64,000 nucleotides of DNA from Pseudomonadota bacterium (lineage in GTDB: Bacteria > Pseudomonadota > Gammaproteobacteria > Burkholderiales > Rhodocyclaceae). Position numbers and translations under genes: made by a program. Below, in pieces: positions 20,953-30,493 of this stretch. The stretch covers positions 82,436 to 146,435 of the forward strand of contig JAGTRW010000012.1 of the NCBI GenBank assembly GCA_018262095.1. Reading direction: 5' to 3'. Below the pieces are notes generated by a model. That model ran no database searches. It worked only from the letters and a program-made list of their open reading frames with translations, and was not told the origin of the DNA. Within the stretch, counting starts at the first letter, position 1. Each line of letters starts with the position of its first letter.

Positions 20953-21648
20953 ATGAGCACATCAGAAAAACCCGTCGTCTTCGGCACCGAAGACATGTTA
21001 TTGAGCCTGTGCAATTCGGTGACCCGGGTGCTGAGCCTGACGACGCAGAGCCAGCTGCGTTTTTCGGGGATGATTCAGCGCATTACCAAGACCTGCCTGA
21101 AGCCCGATATCGGCTGCTTCGTGCTCTTCGACGGCGGTTTTTCCGGCCTGGTGGTGCTCAACTTCTCGGCGGCTTCGGCGATGGAAATCTACGAGAGTTA
21201 CATGCTTCATATGGGGATGGACAAGGACGGCCTGGCGACCTCGCACACTTCGGATGAAGTGGCCAACGTCATGGGCGAGCTGATGAACCAGATCATCGGC
21301 GATTTCACCGGCAAGGTGGCGCGCGAGTTGCAGACGCAGATCACGCAGAACCAGCCGAAGATGCTGGTGCTCAACAAGCAGGTGATGCTCAGCGTCGATA
21401 CCCACCTCGACAAGCCCGAAGCGCGCCGCGTCACCTTCTATACGGCGCGCAACAACATCTTCTATCTCGAGCTGGCGATCGATCGCACCGAGTTCATCAA
21501 GCTCTGTGATTTCGAAACGCAGGAAGCGCACGATCCCGACGAGCTGATCGCCCAGGTCAATGGCGGGCCGGCGCCAGCTGCCGCGCCGAGCGCGCCAACG
21601 GGCGCGGAAAAACACCAGGACGACCTGCTCGCCTCGCTCGGCATGTGA
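20953..21648 (+). CDS. DUF3334 family protein (CheX/CheC-like)
   Basis: TCLKPDIGCFVLFDGGFSGLVV and GELMNQIIGDF motifs, the latter resembling the CheC/CheX E-x2-N site. Confidence 0.75.
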   Translation: MSTSEKPVVFGTEDMLLSLCNSVTRVLSLTTQSQLRFSGMIQRITKTCLKPDIGCFVLFDGGFSGLVVLNFSAASAMEIYESYMLHMGMDKDGLATSHTSDEVANVMGELMNQIIGDFTGKVARELQTQITQNQPKMLVLNKQVMLSVDTHLDKPEARRVTFYTARNNIFYLELAIDRTEFIKLCDFETQEAHDPDELIAQVNGGPAPAAAPSAPTGAEKHQDDLLASLGM

Positions 21649-22556
21649 CGTCGACGCGAGATCAGCACTTGGCCCTGAGCATGGTCGCGCCTGCCGACTC
21701 TGAATTCGCGCCATTCGCCGAGCGCAGCGTTGCTTGCTGCTCGCCGTCCGGCCTGCACCGCATGGCCTATAGAGAGTGGGGCGCGCGCGACAATCCGCGC
21801 GTGCTCATCTGCGTCCATGGCTTGGCGCGCAACGCCCGTGATTTCGACGAACTGGCGCGCGCGCTGGCCGGCGAGTATCGCGTCGTCTGCCCCGACCTCG
21901 TCGGGCGCGGGCGCAGCGACTGGCTGCGCGACCCCGCCGGCTACACCATTGCCCAGTACGTTGCCGACTTGCTGGTGCTCATTGCGCGGCTTGACGTCGA
22001 GTGCGTCGATTGGCTCGGTAGCTCGCTCGGCGGGCTGATCGGTATGGCGCTCGCCAGCCTCGACGGCGCGCCGATCGCGCATCTGGTACTCAACGACGTC
22101 GGTCCGGTGATCTCAGCGCAGTCGCTCAAGCGCATCGGCGACTACCTCGGCCAAGCGCCGCTGTTCGACACTTTGGCTGACGCCGAAAGCTATATCCGGC
22201 AGGTCAGCGCGCCCTTTGGTGCGCTTTCCGACGCCAACTGGCGGCAACTCACCGAATCGAGCCTGCGCCGGCGAGAAGACGGGCGATTCGAGATGCGCTA
22301 CGACCCGGCGATCGCGCAGTCGTTTCGGCTTGCCGCCAGCACTGACATCGACCTGTGGCCGATCTACGAGCGCATCCGTTGCCCGACGCTGCTGGTGCGC
22401 GGCGAGCAGTCCGACCTGCTGTCGCGCGAAACCGCGCAGGCGATGGCCGCGCGCGGACCGCGGCCGCGCGTCGTCGAGGTGCCCGGGGTGGGGCACGCGC
22501 CGATGTTCATGGATCAGGCGCAGATCGCCATCGTCAGCGATTTCCTGCGCGCTTGA
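21645..22556 (+). CDS. Alpha/beta fold hydrolase
   Basis: CVHGL, PDLVGRGRSD, nucleophile GSSLGG, catalytic GHAP; exact start uncertain. Confidence 0.88.
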   Translation: MTSTRDQHLALSMVAPADSEFAPFAERSVACCSPSGLHRMAYREWGARDNPRVLICVHGLARNARDFDELARALAGEYRVVCPDLVGRGRSDWLRDPAGYTIAQYVADLLVLIARLDVECVDWLGSSLGGLIGMALASLDGAPIAHLVLNDVGPVISAQSLKRIGDYLGQAPLFDTLADAESYIRQVSAPFGALSDANWRQLTESSLRRREDGRFEMRYDPAIAQSFRLAASTDIDLWPIYERIRCPTLLVRGEQSDLLSRETAQAMAARGPRPRVVEVPGVGHAPMFMDQAQIAIVSDFLRA

Positions 22557-22569
22557 GCGCGCACGCTGC

Positions 22570-23352
22570 CTAGAGGCGTTGCAGCGGCCCGGCCAGATAA
22601 TCGAGCGCGGTCATTTCGCGCAGGATGGCTTCTTCCCGAACGAAAGCGTCGACCGCCTGCGGATCGAATTGGCTTCCTGCCATTCTCATAATTTCGACTT
22701 TCGCTGCGTCAAAAGAGAGCGCTTTGCGGTAGGGGCGATCGAAAGTCATGGCATCGAGCGTGTCGATTACGGCAAACAATCGTGCCGGCAAGGGGATTTC
22801 CTGACCTTTGAGCCCCGCCGGGTAACCCGAACCGTCAAATCGCTCTTCATGGCAGAGCACCACTTTTGCGGCGAAAGAAAGATAGGGCAGCTTTTCCAGC
22901 AGGTGAAAGCCGTTTTCCGGATGTTGTCTCATGATCGCCCATTCGTCGTCGGTCAGTCGCCCTGGCTTTAACAGGATGGCATCGGGAACGCCGATCTTGC
23001 CGACATCGTGCAGCAGGCTACCCCAGTAGACCTCGCGCAGCTCATGGGTCTTGCGGTAGAAGTGCTGGGCCAGGATCAGCGTATGTGAGGCCACGCGTTT
23101 CGAGTGCAGTCCGGTTTCCTGCTCGCGCAGGTCGAGTGCCAGAGCCAGCGATTCAACGAAGTCCTCGTAGGGGTGAGCCTTGGTCAAACCGGCGAGTTGC
23201 TTGCGCGAAGCGAGCAAGCAGTGTTCGCAGACGGGCAGCCCCGAGATCATGGTGTATTGCCGGTCGTGCATCTGGTGACCACAGTGCGTACATTGGTGCG
23301 CCACTGGCGCGTCGGCGCGTCGGTCATGACTTTCATCGGTTCGGATGGGCAT
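22570..23352 (-). CDS. HD-GYP domain protein with N-terminal C4 zinc ribbon
   Basis: CTHC-x17-CEHC, then LHDVGKIG...HEERFDGSGYP; start MPIRTD at 23352 preferred. Confidence 0.85.
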   Translation of the reverse strand: MPIRTDESHDRRADAPVAHQCTHCGHQMHDRQYTMISGLPVCEHCLLASRKQLAGLTKAHPYEDFVESLALALDLREQETGLHSKRVASHTLILAQHFYRKTHELREVYWGSLLHDVGKIGVPDAILLKPGRLTDDEWAIMRQHPENGFHLLEKLPYLSFAAKVVLCHEERFDGSGYPAGLKGQEIPLPARLFAVIDTLDAMTFDRPYRKALSFDAAKVEIMRMAGSQFDPQAVDAFVREEAILREMTALDYLAGPLQRL

Positions 23353-23479
23353 GCGGGCTCCTCGATAGAACGGGCTTTCCTGCGCAGACCGCGATTGCGG
23401 AAAATCGTTTCCTGAATGAATCAAGTGCCGCCTGGCGACGAATTGAACGGCATCGCTGCGGCGTTGCCTGGCTCCCAGT

Positions 23480-25162
23480 CTAGATCAGCATCGCGCCTTC
23501 GGCGGCCGAGCTCGCGCGGTCGCGGTAGAGGTCCATGAAGCCGCGCGGGAAATCTTTTTCGACCGGCTTCCAGAGCGCACGGCGGGCGGCGACGATGGCG
23601 TCGTCGACGCGCAGTTCGAGCGTTCGCGCGGCGATGTCGAGCGCGATCTCGTCGCCGTCCTCGACCAGCGCCAGCAGCCCGCCTTCAGCCGCTTCGGGCG
23701 AAAGGTGACCGACCAGGAGACCACGGTTCGAACCCGAGAAACGCCCGTCGGTGATCAGCGCGCACGAATCGGCCAAGCCCATTCCCTCGAGCACCTTCAT
23801 CGGGCGAAACATCTCGGGCATTCCGGGGCCGCCCTTCGGGCCTTCGTAACGCAGCACCAGCGCCGAACCGGCTGCGACCTGGCCGGCCAGGATGGCGTCG
23901 ACGGCGTCTTCCTCAGAATCGAAGACGCGCGCCTGGCCGCAAAATTTGAAGAGATTGGGCGGTACGGCCGCCGGCTTGGTGATCGCGCCGAGCGGCGCCA
24001 GATTGCCGTGCAGCACGGCGAGCCCGGCCTCCTTGCTGACCGGATTGCTCAGGCTGTGGATCACTTCCGGCCGCGTCGTCGCCGCGCTGCCTTGCCACAG
24101 CTCGCCCTTGGTCTGCCCGCTGACCGACAGCGCCTCGCCCTTGAGCTGCGAGGCGAGTTCCTTTTCGACTGCGGCGATTCCGCCGGCTTGGTAAAAATCG
24201 ATCATGTCGTACTCGGACGCCGGGTAGAGCGCGGCGAGCAGCGGGATCTCGCGGCTCAGGCGGTCGAACTGCGCGAGCGGCAGCCTGCCGAGTCCTGCTT
24301 CATGGTGGATGGCCTGCAGATGCATCACCGCATTGGTCGATCCGCCGGTCGCCAGCAGCAGGCAGATGGCGTTGTGGAAGGCCGCCGGCGTCATGATCCG
24401 GCGTGCGCTGATTCCCTGTTTGACGAGTCCGACGATGCGCTCGCCGCTGGCGCGCGCGAACTCGAGGCGGCGCGGCGAGACGGCCGGAACCATCGCCGAC
24501 GCGGGCAGACTCATTCCCAGCACCTCGGCGAGCGCGCACATGGTGTTGGCGGTGCCGTACATGGTGCACGAGCCGGGGCCGGGCTCGGCCAGGTCCTCGA
24601 TGCGCCGGAACTCGGCGGCGTCGATCTGGCCGCGCTGTTTCCAGCCGATCGCCTCGACGACGATGTTGCCGTCCCAGTGCTTGCCCTGGTAATTGGCCGG
24701 CGCCATCGGCCCGCCATTGACGAAGATCGCCGGAAGGTCGAGTCGGGCGGCGGCCATCAGCTGCGCCGGGACGATCTTGTCGCACGAGCCGAGCAACACC
24801 ATGCCGTCGAAGCGGTGGGCGCGCACCATGATCTCGATCGACGCGCAGATCACGTCGCGCGCGGCGAGCGCGTAGCGCATTCCGAGGTGGCCCTCGGCGA
24901 TGCCGTCGCACGGCGCGATGCTGCCGAAGGTCATGGCGTTGCCGCCGGCGGCGACGATTCCCCGCTGCACCTCGTCGGCAACGGCGTTGAGGTTGTAGTG
25001 GCCGGGCGTCGCATTGGTATAGGTGTTGACGATGGCGATCTGGGGGCGGCGCAGGGCGTCGTCGCCGTGTCCCATCGATTTGTAGAGCGCGCGCTTGAGC
25101 GCGCCGTGGTCGCCGCGCAGGATGGGGTTGAAATGACCGTCGCCGGTCTTGCCTTCAGTCAT
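23480..25162 (-). CDS. ilvD: IlvD/Edd family dihydroxy-acid dehydratase
   Basis: [47 protein letters not shown]; substrate not certain. Confidence 0.85.
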   Translation of the reverse strand: MTEGKTGDGHFNPILRGDHGALKRALYKSMGHGDDALRRPQIAIVNTYTNATPGHYNLNAVADEVQRGIVAAGGNAMTFGSIAPCDGIAEGHLGMRYALAARDVICASIEIMVRAHRFDGMVLLGSCDKIVPAQLMAAARLDLPAIFVNGGPMAPANYQGKHWDGNIVVEAIGWKQRGQIDAAEFRRIEDLAEPGPGSCTMYGTANTMCALAEVLGMSLPASAMVPAVSPRRLEFARASGERIVGLVKQGISARRIMTPAAFHNAICLLLATGGSTNAVMHLQAIHHEAGLGRLPLAQFDRLSREIPLLAALYPASEYDMIDFYQAGGIAAVEKELASQLKGEALSVSGQTKGELWQGSAATTRPEVIHSLSNPVSKEAGLAVLHGNLAPLGAITKPAAVPPNLFKFCGQARVFDSEEDAVDAILAGQVAAGSALVLRYEGPKGGPGMPEMFRPMKVLEGMGLADSCALITDGRFSGSNRGLLVGHLSPEAAEGGLLALVEDGDEIALDIAARTLELRVDDAIVAARRALWKPVEKDFPRGFMDLYRDRASSAAEGAMLI

Positions 25163-25467
25163 GATCGGATCTCCCGGAAAAGTGGGCCGACCAATGTAAC
25201 AGCAATACGCCGCGTGCCGCGCTGTCGCCTGTCAATTTCGCCGGCGAGATGCCCGCGCCATCGCCATGCGCGGTGCCGGCGCGCCGCCTGCTTTGACTTC
25301 GGCGCAGGCGGCGAGGATACTTTGCCAACTTTTGGGCTGGCGGGTTGGCTGGCGCAGTTGCGGTGCTTGAATGGCCGCTTGAAGAGGGCCGATGCCCAAG
25401 GAGAATAAGATGCCTTACCCGCAGTTTACGAGATCGCAAGATCACGCGCCGCAAGCGGCGGCAGACC

Positions 25468-26604
25468 ATGGCAACTGAGCTGCCGACCATCGACTGGCTC
25501 GCCGACGGGCAACCGCGCAGCGCGCCGTGGCATTCCGAGGCCGGCGTCGCGGCGCCGCGGCGCGTGCAGCTGGCCGACGACACGCTGACCGCCGATGCGG
25601 CCTACCGCCTGGCCTGCGAGGGGACGGCGCTGCTCTGGCGCGGCGACTTCCAGAACGCTCGCCAGCTGCTGCAGGCGATCGCCCGGCGCGTCGAGCGCAA
25701 GCCGCGCAAGATCGCGCCGTCGCCGACCGCAGCCTTCAACCAGCAGCGCATGGCGCAGGCGCAGCGCGCGCGAACGCTCGGCATGCTGCTCATTCCCTTT
25801 GACGCCGACTACCTGATCCCGCTGCGCCGCGCGCCCGACGTTGGCGATGCGTGTCGCGAGGCCTACGGCGAGTTGGCCGGGCCTATGGTCGTCTCGCTGC
25901 GCGAGCTGCTCGGCGTGATCGGCGCGCACGAGTGGCGCAAGAAGGGCGTCGCGATCGCCGCGCTCGGCGCGCCAATCCACCCGCACTACGGCGTCTTTTC
26001 GCCGGTGCGCGGCGAATACGTCGCGCTCGTCGCGCAGCAGCCGCTGCCGGCGGCCGTGGTCAAAGACAGCGTCGCTTTCGACATCGGCACCGGCACCGGT
26101 GTGCTTGCCGCAGTGCTCGCGCGGCGCGGCGTCGCGCGCGTCGTCGCCACCGACCAGGAGGCGCGCGCGCTCGCCTGTGCGCGAGAAAACATCGACCGCC
26201 TGGGCTTTTCGGCGCAGGTCGAGCTGGTCGCCGCCGACCTCTTTCCGCCAGGCCGTGCGTCGCTGATCGTCTGCAATCCGCCGTGGGTTCCGGCGCGCCC
26301 CAGTTCGCCGCTCGAGCACGCGGTCTACGACCCGGACAGCCGCATGCTGCGCGGTTTCCTCGACGGCCTGGCAGCGCATCTGGCGCCCGGCGGCGAAGGC
26401 TGGCTGATCCTCTCCGACCTCGCCGAGCATCTCGAACTGCGTTCGCGCGACGAGCTGCTCGCGCTGATTGCTGGCGCCGGCCTGCAGGTGCTCGGCCGCG
26501 CCGACGTGCGGCCGACCCACCCGCGTGCCGCCGATGCGAGCGACCCGCTGCACGCGGCGCGCGCCGCCGAAGTCACTTCGCTGTGGCGGCTCGGAGTCGC
26601 CTGA
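25468..26604 (+). CDS. Class I SAM-dependent methyltransferase (MTS/HemK-like)
   Basis: PHYGVFSP, DIGTGTGVL SAM motif, NPPW. Confidence 0.88.
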   Translation: MATELPTIDWLADGQPRSAPWHSEAGVAAPRRVQLADDTLTADAAYRLACEGTALLWRGDFQNARQLLQAIARRVERKPRKIAPSPTAAFNQQRMAQAQRARTLGMLLIPFDADYLIPLRRAPDVGDACREAYGELAGPMVVSLRELLGVIGAHEWRKKGVAIAALGAPIHPHYGVFSPVRGEYVALVAQQPLPAAVVKDSVAFDIGTGTGVLAAVLARRGVARVVATDQEARALACARENIDRLGFSAQVELVAADLFPPGRASLIVCNPPWVPARPSSPLEHAVYDPDSRMLRGFLDGLAAHLAPGGEGWLILSDLAEHLELRSRDELLALIAGAGLQVLGRADVRPTHPRAADASDPLHAARAAEVTSLWRLGVA

Positions 26605-27471
26605 GTGGATTCTGCGAAAAGCCGCTGGGGCGTCGCGCAGTGGGCGGCCTACTTTCAGAACCAGGCGCTGCCGGTGATGCGCCGCTCGAAGCGGCTGTTG
26701 GCGTCGCTCGAGGCGGCGCAGGGCGATCTTTTGGCGCCCCGCGACCTCGCCGACATCGTGCTGCAGGATCCGCTGCTCTGCCTGGGACTGCTGCGCGAGG
26801 CCGAGCGGCGCAAGTCGCGTCGGCTCGACCATCAGACGACGACCGCGCTGGCGGCGATCATGCAGCTTGGCGTCGATGAATTCCGCACGCTGCTGCTCGC
26901 CAGTCCCGAAGTCGACGAGAGCAATGCCGGGCTGCTCGCGGTCGAGACGCGCGCGCGGCTTTCCGCGCAGATCGCTCGCGCCTGGGCCGGCGGCCGCCTC
27001 GACGTCAATCCCGACGAGGTGGCGCTGGCCGCCTTGCTGGGCGGCGCCGGCGACCTGCTGCTGTGGGTCTATGCCCCGGAAATTCCGCAGCGCGCCGCCG
27101 AGTTCCTGCGCAGCGGCCACGCCCAGCGCAGCGCGCAGGCGCAGCTCAAAAGCTGCGGCTTTACCTTCAAGGACCTGACGCTGCACTGCGCCGAGCGCTG
27201 GCAGCTGCCGGCGCTGGTCGTCCAATTGCTGCGCGGCGCCGAGTCGCTGCGCGCGCGGCTGACGCGAACCAGCTCGAACGCGGCGCGCCATCTGCTCGAC
27301 GAGTCCGCTGGCGCCAATGCGGCGCTGGCCTGCGATCTCGTCGAGGCCAGCGCGCTGATGCCCGGCGTCAGCCTGGAATGCCTGATCGATGGCCTGGCGA
27401 TGCTGTGCGAGGAACGCCGTCCGGCGCTGCTCGCCGCGGCGCGCGAACTTCTTGCCGAGAACACCAAATGA
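26605..27471 (+). CDS. HDOD domain protein
   Basis: LPV...DIVLQDPLL...AIMQLG pattern, AERWQLP. Confidence 0.75.
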   Translation: MDSAKSRWGVAQWAAYFQNQALPVMRRSKRLLASLEAAQGDLLAPRDLADIVLQDPLLCLGLLREAERRKSRRLDHQTTTALAAIMQLGVDEFRTLLLASPEVDESNAGLLAVETRARLSAQIARAWAGGRLDVNPDEVALAALLGGAGDLLLWVYAPEIPQRAAEFLRSGHAQRSAQAQLKSCGFTFKDLTLHCAERWQLPALVVQLLRGAESLRARLTRTSSNAARHLLDESAGANAALACDLVEASALMPGVSLECLIDGLAMLCEERRPALLAAARELLAENTK

Positions 27472-28709
27472 AATCGCTGACCGAGCTTTACCGCATCGGC
27501 CTCGGGCCGTCGAGCAGCCATACCATGGGGCCGCGCTTTGCGGCGCAGGCTTTTCGTGCGGTGCTGCCGGCCGCGACGGCGCGCGTTCGCGTCACGCTCT
27601 ACGGCAGCCTGGCGGCGACCGGGCGCGGCCACCTCACCGATCTTGCGGTCAGCGCGCCGTTCGCGCCGCTGCCGGTCGACCTCGTCTGGGCGCCCGAACG
27701 CGAGTTGCCGCGTCATCCCAACGCCTTGCAGTTTGAGTCGCTCGACGACGCTGGTGCGCTGCTCGCTACGCGCGTCGTCTATTCGGTCGGCGGCGGCGCC
27801 TTGCTGGACGAGGATGGTCAGGCTGACGGCGGCGAAGACGTTTACCCCTACGCCGGCATGGACGAGATTCTGGCGCGCGGCGAGCGCGACGGCCTGCTGC
27901 TCTGGCAGCTTGCCGGCGAGCACGAAGGACCGGCGATCTGGCCGGCGCTCGAGCGAGTCTGGGACGCCATGCGCCGGGCCATCGCGCGCGGCCTCAATGC
28001 CGAGGGAAAACTGCCCGGCGACCTCAAGCTGATGCGCAAGGCGTGCGCCTACCATGCGCGCGCGCAGAGTCTGGCCGGCCACTTCGGCCAGACGGCGCTG
28101 CTTTTCGCCTACGCGCTGGCCGTTTCGGAAGAGAACGCGGCGGGCGGCGAGGTGGTCACCGCGCCGACCTGCGGTGCCTGCGGCGTGTTGCCCGCGGTGC
28201 TCCATTTCCTGCAGCAGCAGTCGCAGCTTTCCGACGAGAAGATCTGCCGCGCGCTGGCGAGCGCCGGGATGATCGGCAACCTGATCAAGCGCAACGCGTC
28301 GATCTCGGGCGCCGAAGTCGGCTGCCAGGGCGAGGTCGGCACCGCCTGCGCGATGGCCGCTGCCGCCGCAGCGCAACTGCTCGGCGGTTCGCTGCGGCAG
28401 ATCGAATACGCCGCCGAGATGGGGCTCGAACACCACCTGGGGCTGACCTGCGACCCGATCGGCGGTTACGTGCAGATTCCGTGCATCGAACGCAACGCCA
28501 TCGCCGCAGTGCGCGCGGTCGATTGCGCGGCGTACGCGCTACTCTCCGACGGCGCGCACATCGTGTCGTTCGACGAAGTGGTGCGCACCATGGCGGAGAC
28601 CGGCCGCGACATGAAAGCGGGCTACCGCGAAACGGCGCAGGGAGGGCTCGCCAAGATCCACCTCTCGCGTCTCAAAGGCGCCCGCAGCGTTCCCGGGATG
28701 GGGAGCTGA
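27468..28709 (+). CDS. sdaA: Fe-S L-serine ammonia-lyase, compact single-chain type
   Basis: [48 protein letters not shown]. Confidence 0.93.
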   Translation: MKSLTELYRIGLGPSSSHTMGPRFAAQAFRAVLPAATARVRVTLYGSLAATGRGHLTDLAVSAPFAPLPVDLVWAPERELPRHPNALQFESLDDAGALLATRVVYSVGGGALLDEDGQADGGEDVYPYAGMDEILARGERDGLLLWQLAGEHEGPAIWPALERVWDAMRRAIARGLNAEGKLPGDLKLMRKACAYHARAQSLAGHFGQTALLFAYALAVSEENAAGGEVVTAPTCGACGVLPAVLHFLQQQSQLSDEKICRALASAGMIGNLIKRNASISGAEVGCQGEVGTACAMAAAAAAQLLGGSLRQIEYAAEMGLEHHLGLTCDPIGGYVQIPCIERNAIAAVRAVDCAAYALLSDGAHIVSFDEVVRTMAETGRDMKAGYRETAQGGLAKIHLSRLKGARSVPGMGS

Positions 28710-28713
28710 AAGT

Positions 28714-28880
28714 TGAACCTAGAGAACGCAATTCAAACCACAACGACACAACGGGCACAACGAGGAACGTGGGTTTTTGGAAGTTCTATGCATCACCCGT
28801 TGGGTGACCGACAAAAACGATTTTGCTTATTGTCTTTCCGCCGTGTTCGTTGTGTTCGTTGCGGTCAACTGCTTTTCCCA
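28714..28880. repeat. Palindromic MITE/REP-like element, copy 2 (no nested insert)
   Basis: Left tgaacctagagaacgcaattcaaaccacaacgacacaacgggcacaacga; right ccgccgtgttcgttgtgttcgttgcggtcaactgcttttccc. Confidence 0.85.
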
Positions 28881-30445
28881 TGCTGAATCCGATGGGCGAC
28901 GCGGTCGATGAGTTGGCAAGAATCGTCGCGCTGATGACGCGCAGCGTCGAATTTCGCCTGCAGCAAGATTGGCGCGCCGCGCTGGCCTGCCTCGACGAGG
29001 CCGTCGCGATCAATCCGCGCTTGCCGCTCGGTCACATCGATCGCGCGCGGCTGCTCGCCGAGCTCAAACGTTATGAAGAGGCGCTCGACGGCTACGATGC
29101 TTTCCTGATGCACGCCGGGAATTCGCCGGAAATATCCGACCTGCGCCAGGAACTGCTCGCTACGGTTTTCGCCGACCTGGATCAGCGCCTGATCGAGCGG
29201 CCTGGCGACCAGGCGGCGCGGCTTGCGCGCGCCAACCTGTGGCGCAGGACGCAGCATTACGCCGAGGCGCTCGCCGATTATTCGGCGATCGTCGAGCGCG
29301 ATGCGCAGCATGCCGATGCGCTCAATCATCAGGGCAGCGTGCTGCTTGCGCTCGGTCGCCACGATCAGGCAATCGACGCCTATACGCGCGCGGTCGCGGC
29401 GGCGCCGCAGCGCGCCGAACTTCACTACAACCTGGGCAATGTGCTGCAGCAGCTGGGCCGCTTCGGCGAGGCGCGCGCTGCCTACCGCCAGGCGCTCGCG
29501 CGATCGCCTGAGTTTGCCGAAGCGCAGCTCGAGCTCGCTCACTGCGACCTTGCCGAAGGCCATTATGCGGCCGGCTGGGCGGCCTACGAATGGCGCTGGC
29601 GCACCGCCCAGATGCAGGGCGACCGTTTGCCGAGCGCGCAGCCGCCGTGGCTCGGCACTCCCGCGCTGAGCGCAAAGACGATCCTGGTGTGGGCCGAGCA
29701 GGGCGCCGGCGACACGCTGCAGTTCGTCCGCCTGGTGCCGCAACTGCTCGCCGACGCGGCGCACGTGATCCTGCGCGTGCAGGCGCCGCTGCGCCGGCTG
29801 GTCGAATCGCTCGACCCGCGCATCGAGGTGATCGGCGACGATCAGCCGCTGCCGGCGCACGATGTCCAGGTTCCCTTGCTGAGCCTGCCGCTGGCGCTCA
29901 GGCTCGATGGCGTGCCGCCGTGCCCGGCGCCGTATCTGCGTGCCGACCCGCGCGACGTCGCGCGCTGGCGCGAGCGGCTGGGTGCCGCCCAGCGGCTGCG
30001 CGTCGGCATCGCCTGGGCCGGGCGGCAGCAGGGATTGCCCAACCCGACGCGCGACATCGCGCCGGCGCAGCTCGCGCCGCTCGCCGCGCTGCCGGTCGAT
30101 TTCATCAGCCTGCAATTGCCGGTCGCCGAGGCGCTGCCGCAGCTGCGCATCTTTACCGACGAGCTCGCTGACTTTGGCGAGACGGCGGCGCTGATCGAGA
30201 CGCTCGATCTGGTGCTCAGCGTCGATACTGCGGTCGCGCATCTCGCCGGTGCGCTCGGCAAGCCGTGCTGGCTGCTGCTGCGCGCCTCGGGCGAATGGCG
30301 CTGGCAGCGCGAGCGCAGCGATTGCCCGTGGTATCCGTCGCTGACGATCTTTCGTCAGCCGGAGGCGGGCGATTGGGCTGGCGTGATCTCGCGCGTCGCT
30401 GCGGCGCTGCTCGTCGGTGCCGGCACCGGTCTGAACGGCCGCTAA
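28880..30445 (+). CDS. TPR-repeat protein with C-terminal glycosyltransferase family 9-like domain
   Basis: TPR repeats (AELHYNLGNVL); EQGAGDTLQFVR; DLVLSVDTAVAHLAGALGKP; WYPS. Confidence 0.85.
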   Translation: MLNPMGDAVDELARIVALMTRSVEFRLQQDWRAALACLDEAVAINPRLPLGHIDRARLLAELKRYEEALDGYDAFLMHAGNSPEISDLRQELLATVFADLDQRLIERPGDQAARLARANLWRRTQHYAEALADYSAIVERDAQHADALNHQGSVLLALGRHDQAIDAYTRAVAAAPQRAELHYNLGNVLQQLGRFGEARAAYRQALARSPEFAEAQLELAHCDLAEGHYAAGWAAYEWRWRTAQMQGDRLPSAQPPWLGTPALSAKTILVWAEQGAGDTLQFVRLVPQLLADAAHVILRVQAPLRRLVESLDPRIEVIGDDQPLPAHDVQVPLLSLPLALRLDGVPPCPAPYLRADPRDVARWRERLGAAQRLRVGIAWAGRQQGLPNPTRDIAPAQLAPLAALPVDFISLQLPVAEALPQLRIFTDELADFGETAALIETLDLVLSVDTAVAHLAGALGKPCWLLLRASGEWRWQRERSDCPWYPSLTIFRQPEAGDWAGVISRVAAALLVGAGTGLNGR

Positions 30446-30493
30446 AAGGCGATCCTCGGCCGGCCTCGCGCAGCCGCCGCGCGCATCCGGCAA

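Noticed and set aside
25239-25380. Possible relic of the alpha/beta hydrolase 3' end
   Set aside because: The translation shows no convincing identity to the hydrolase C-terminus.
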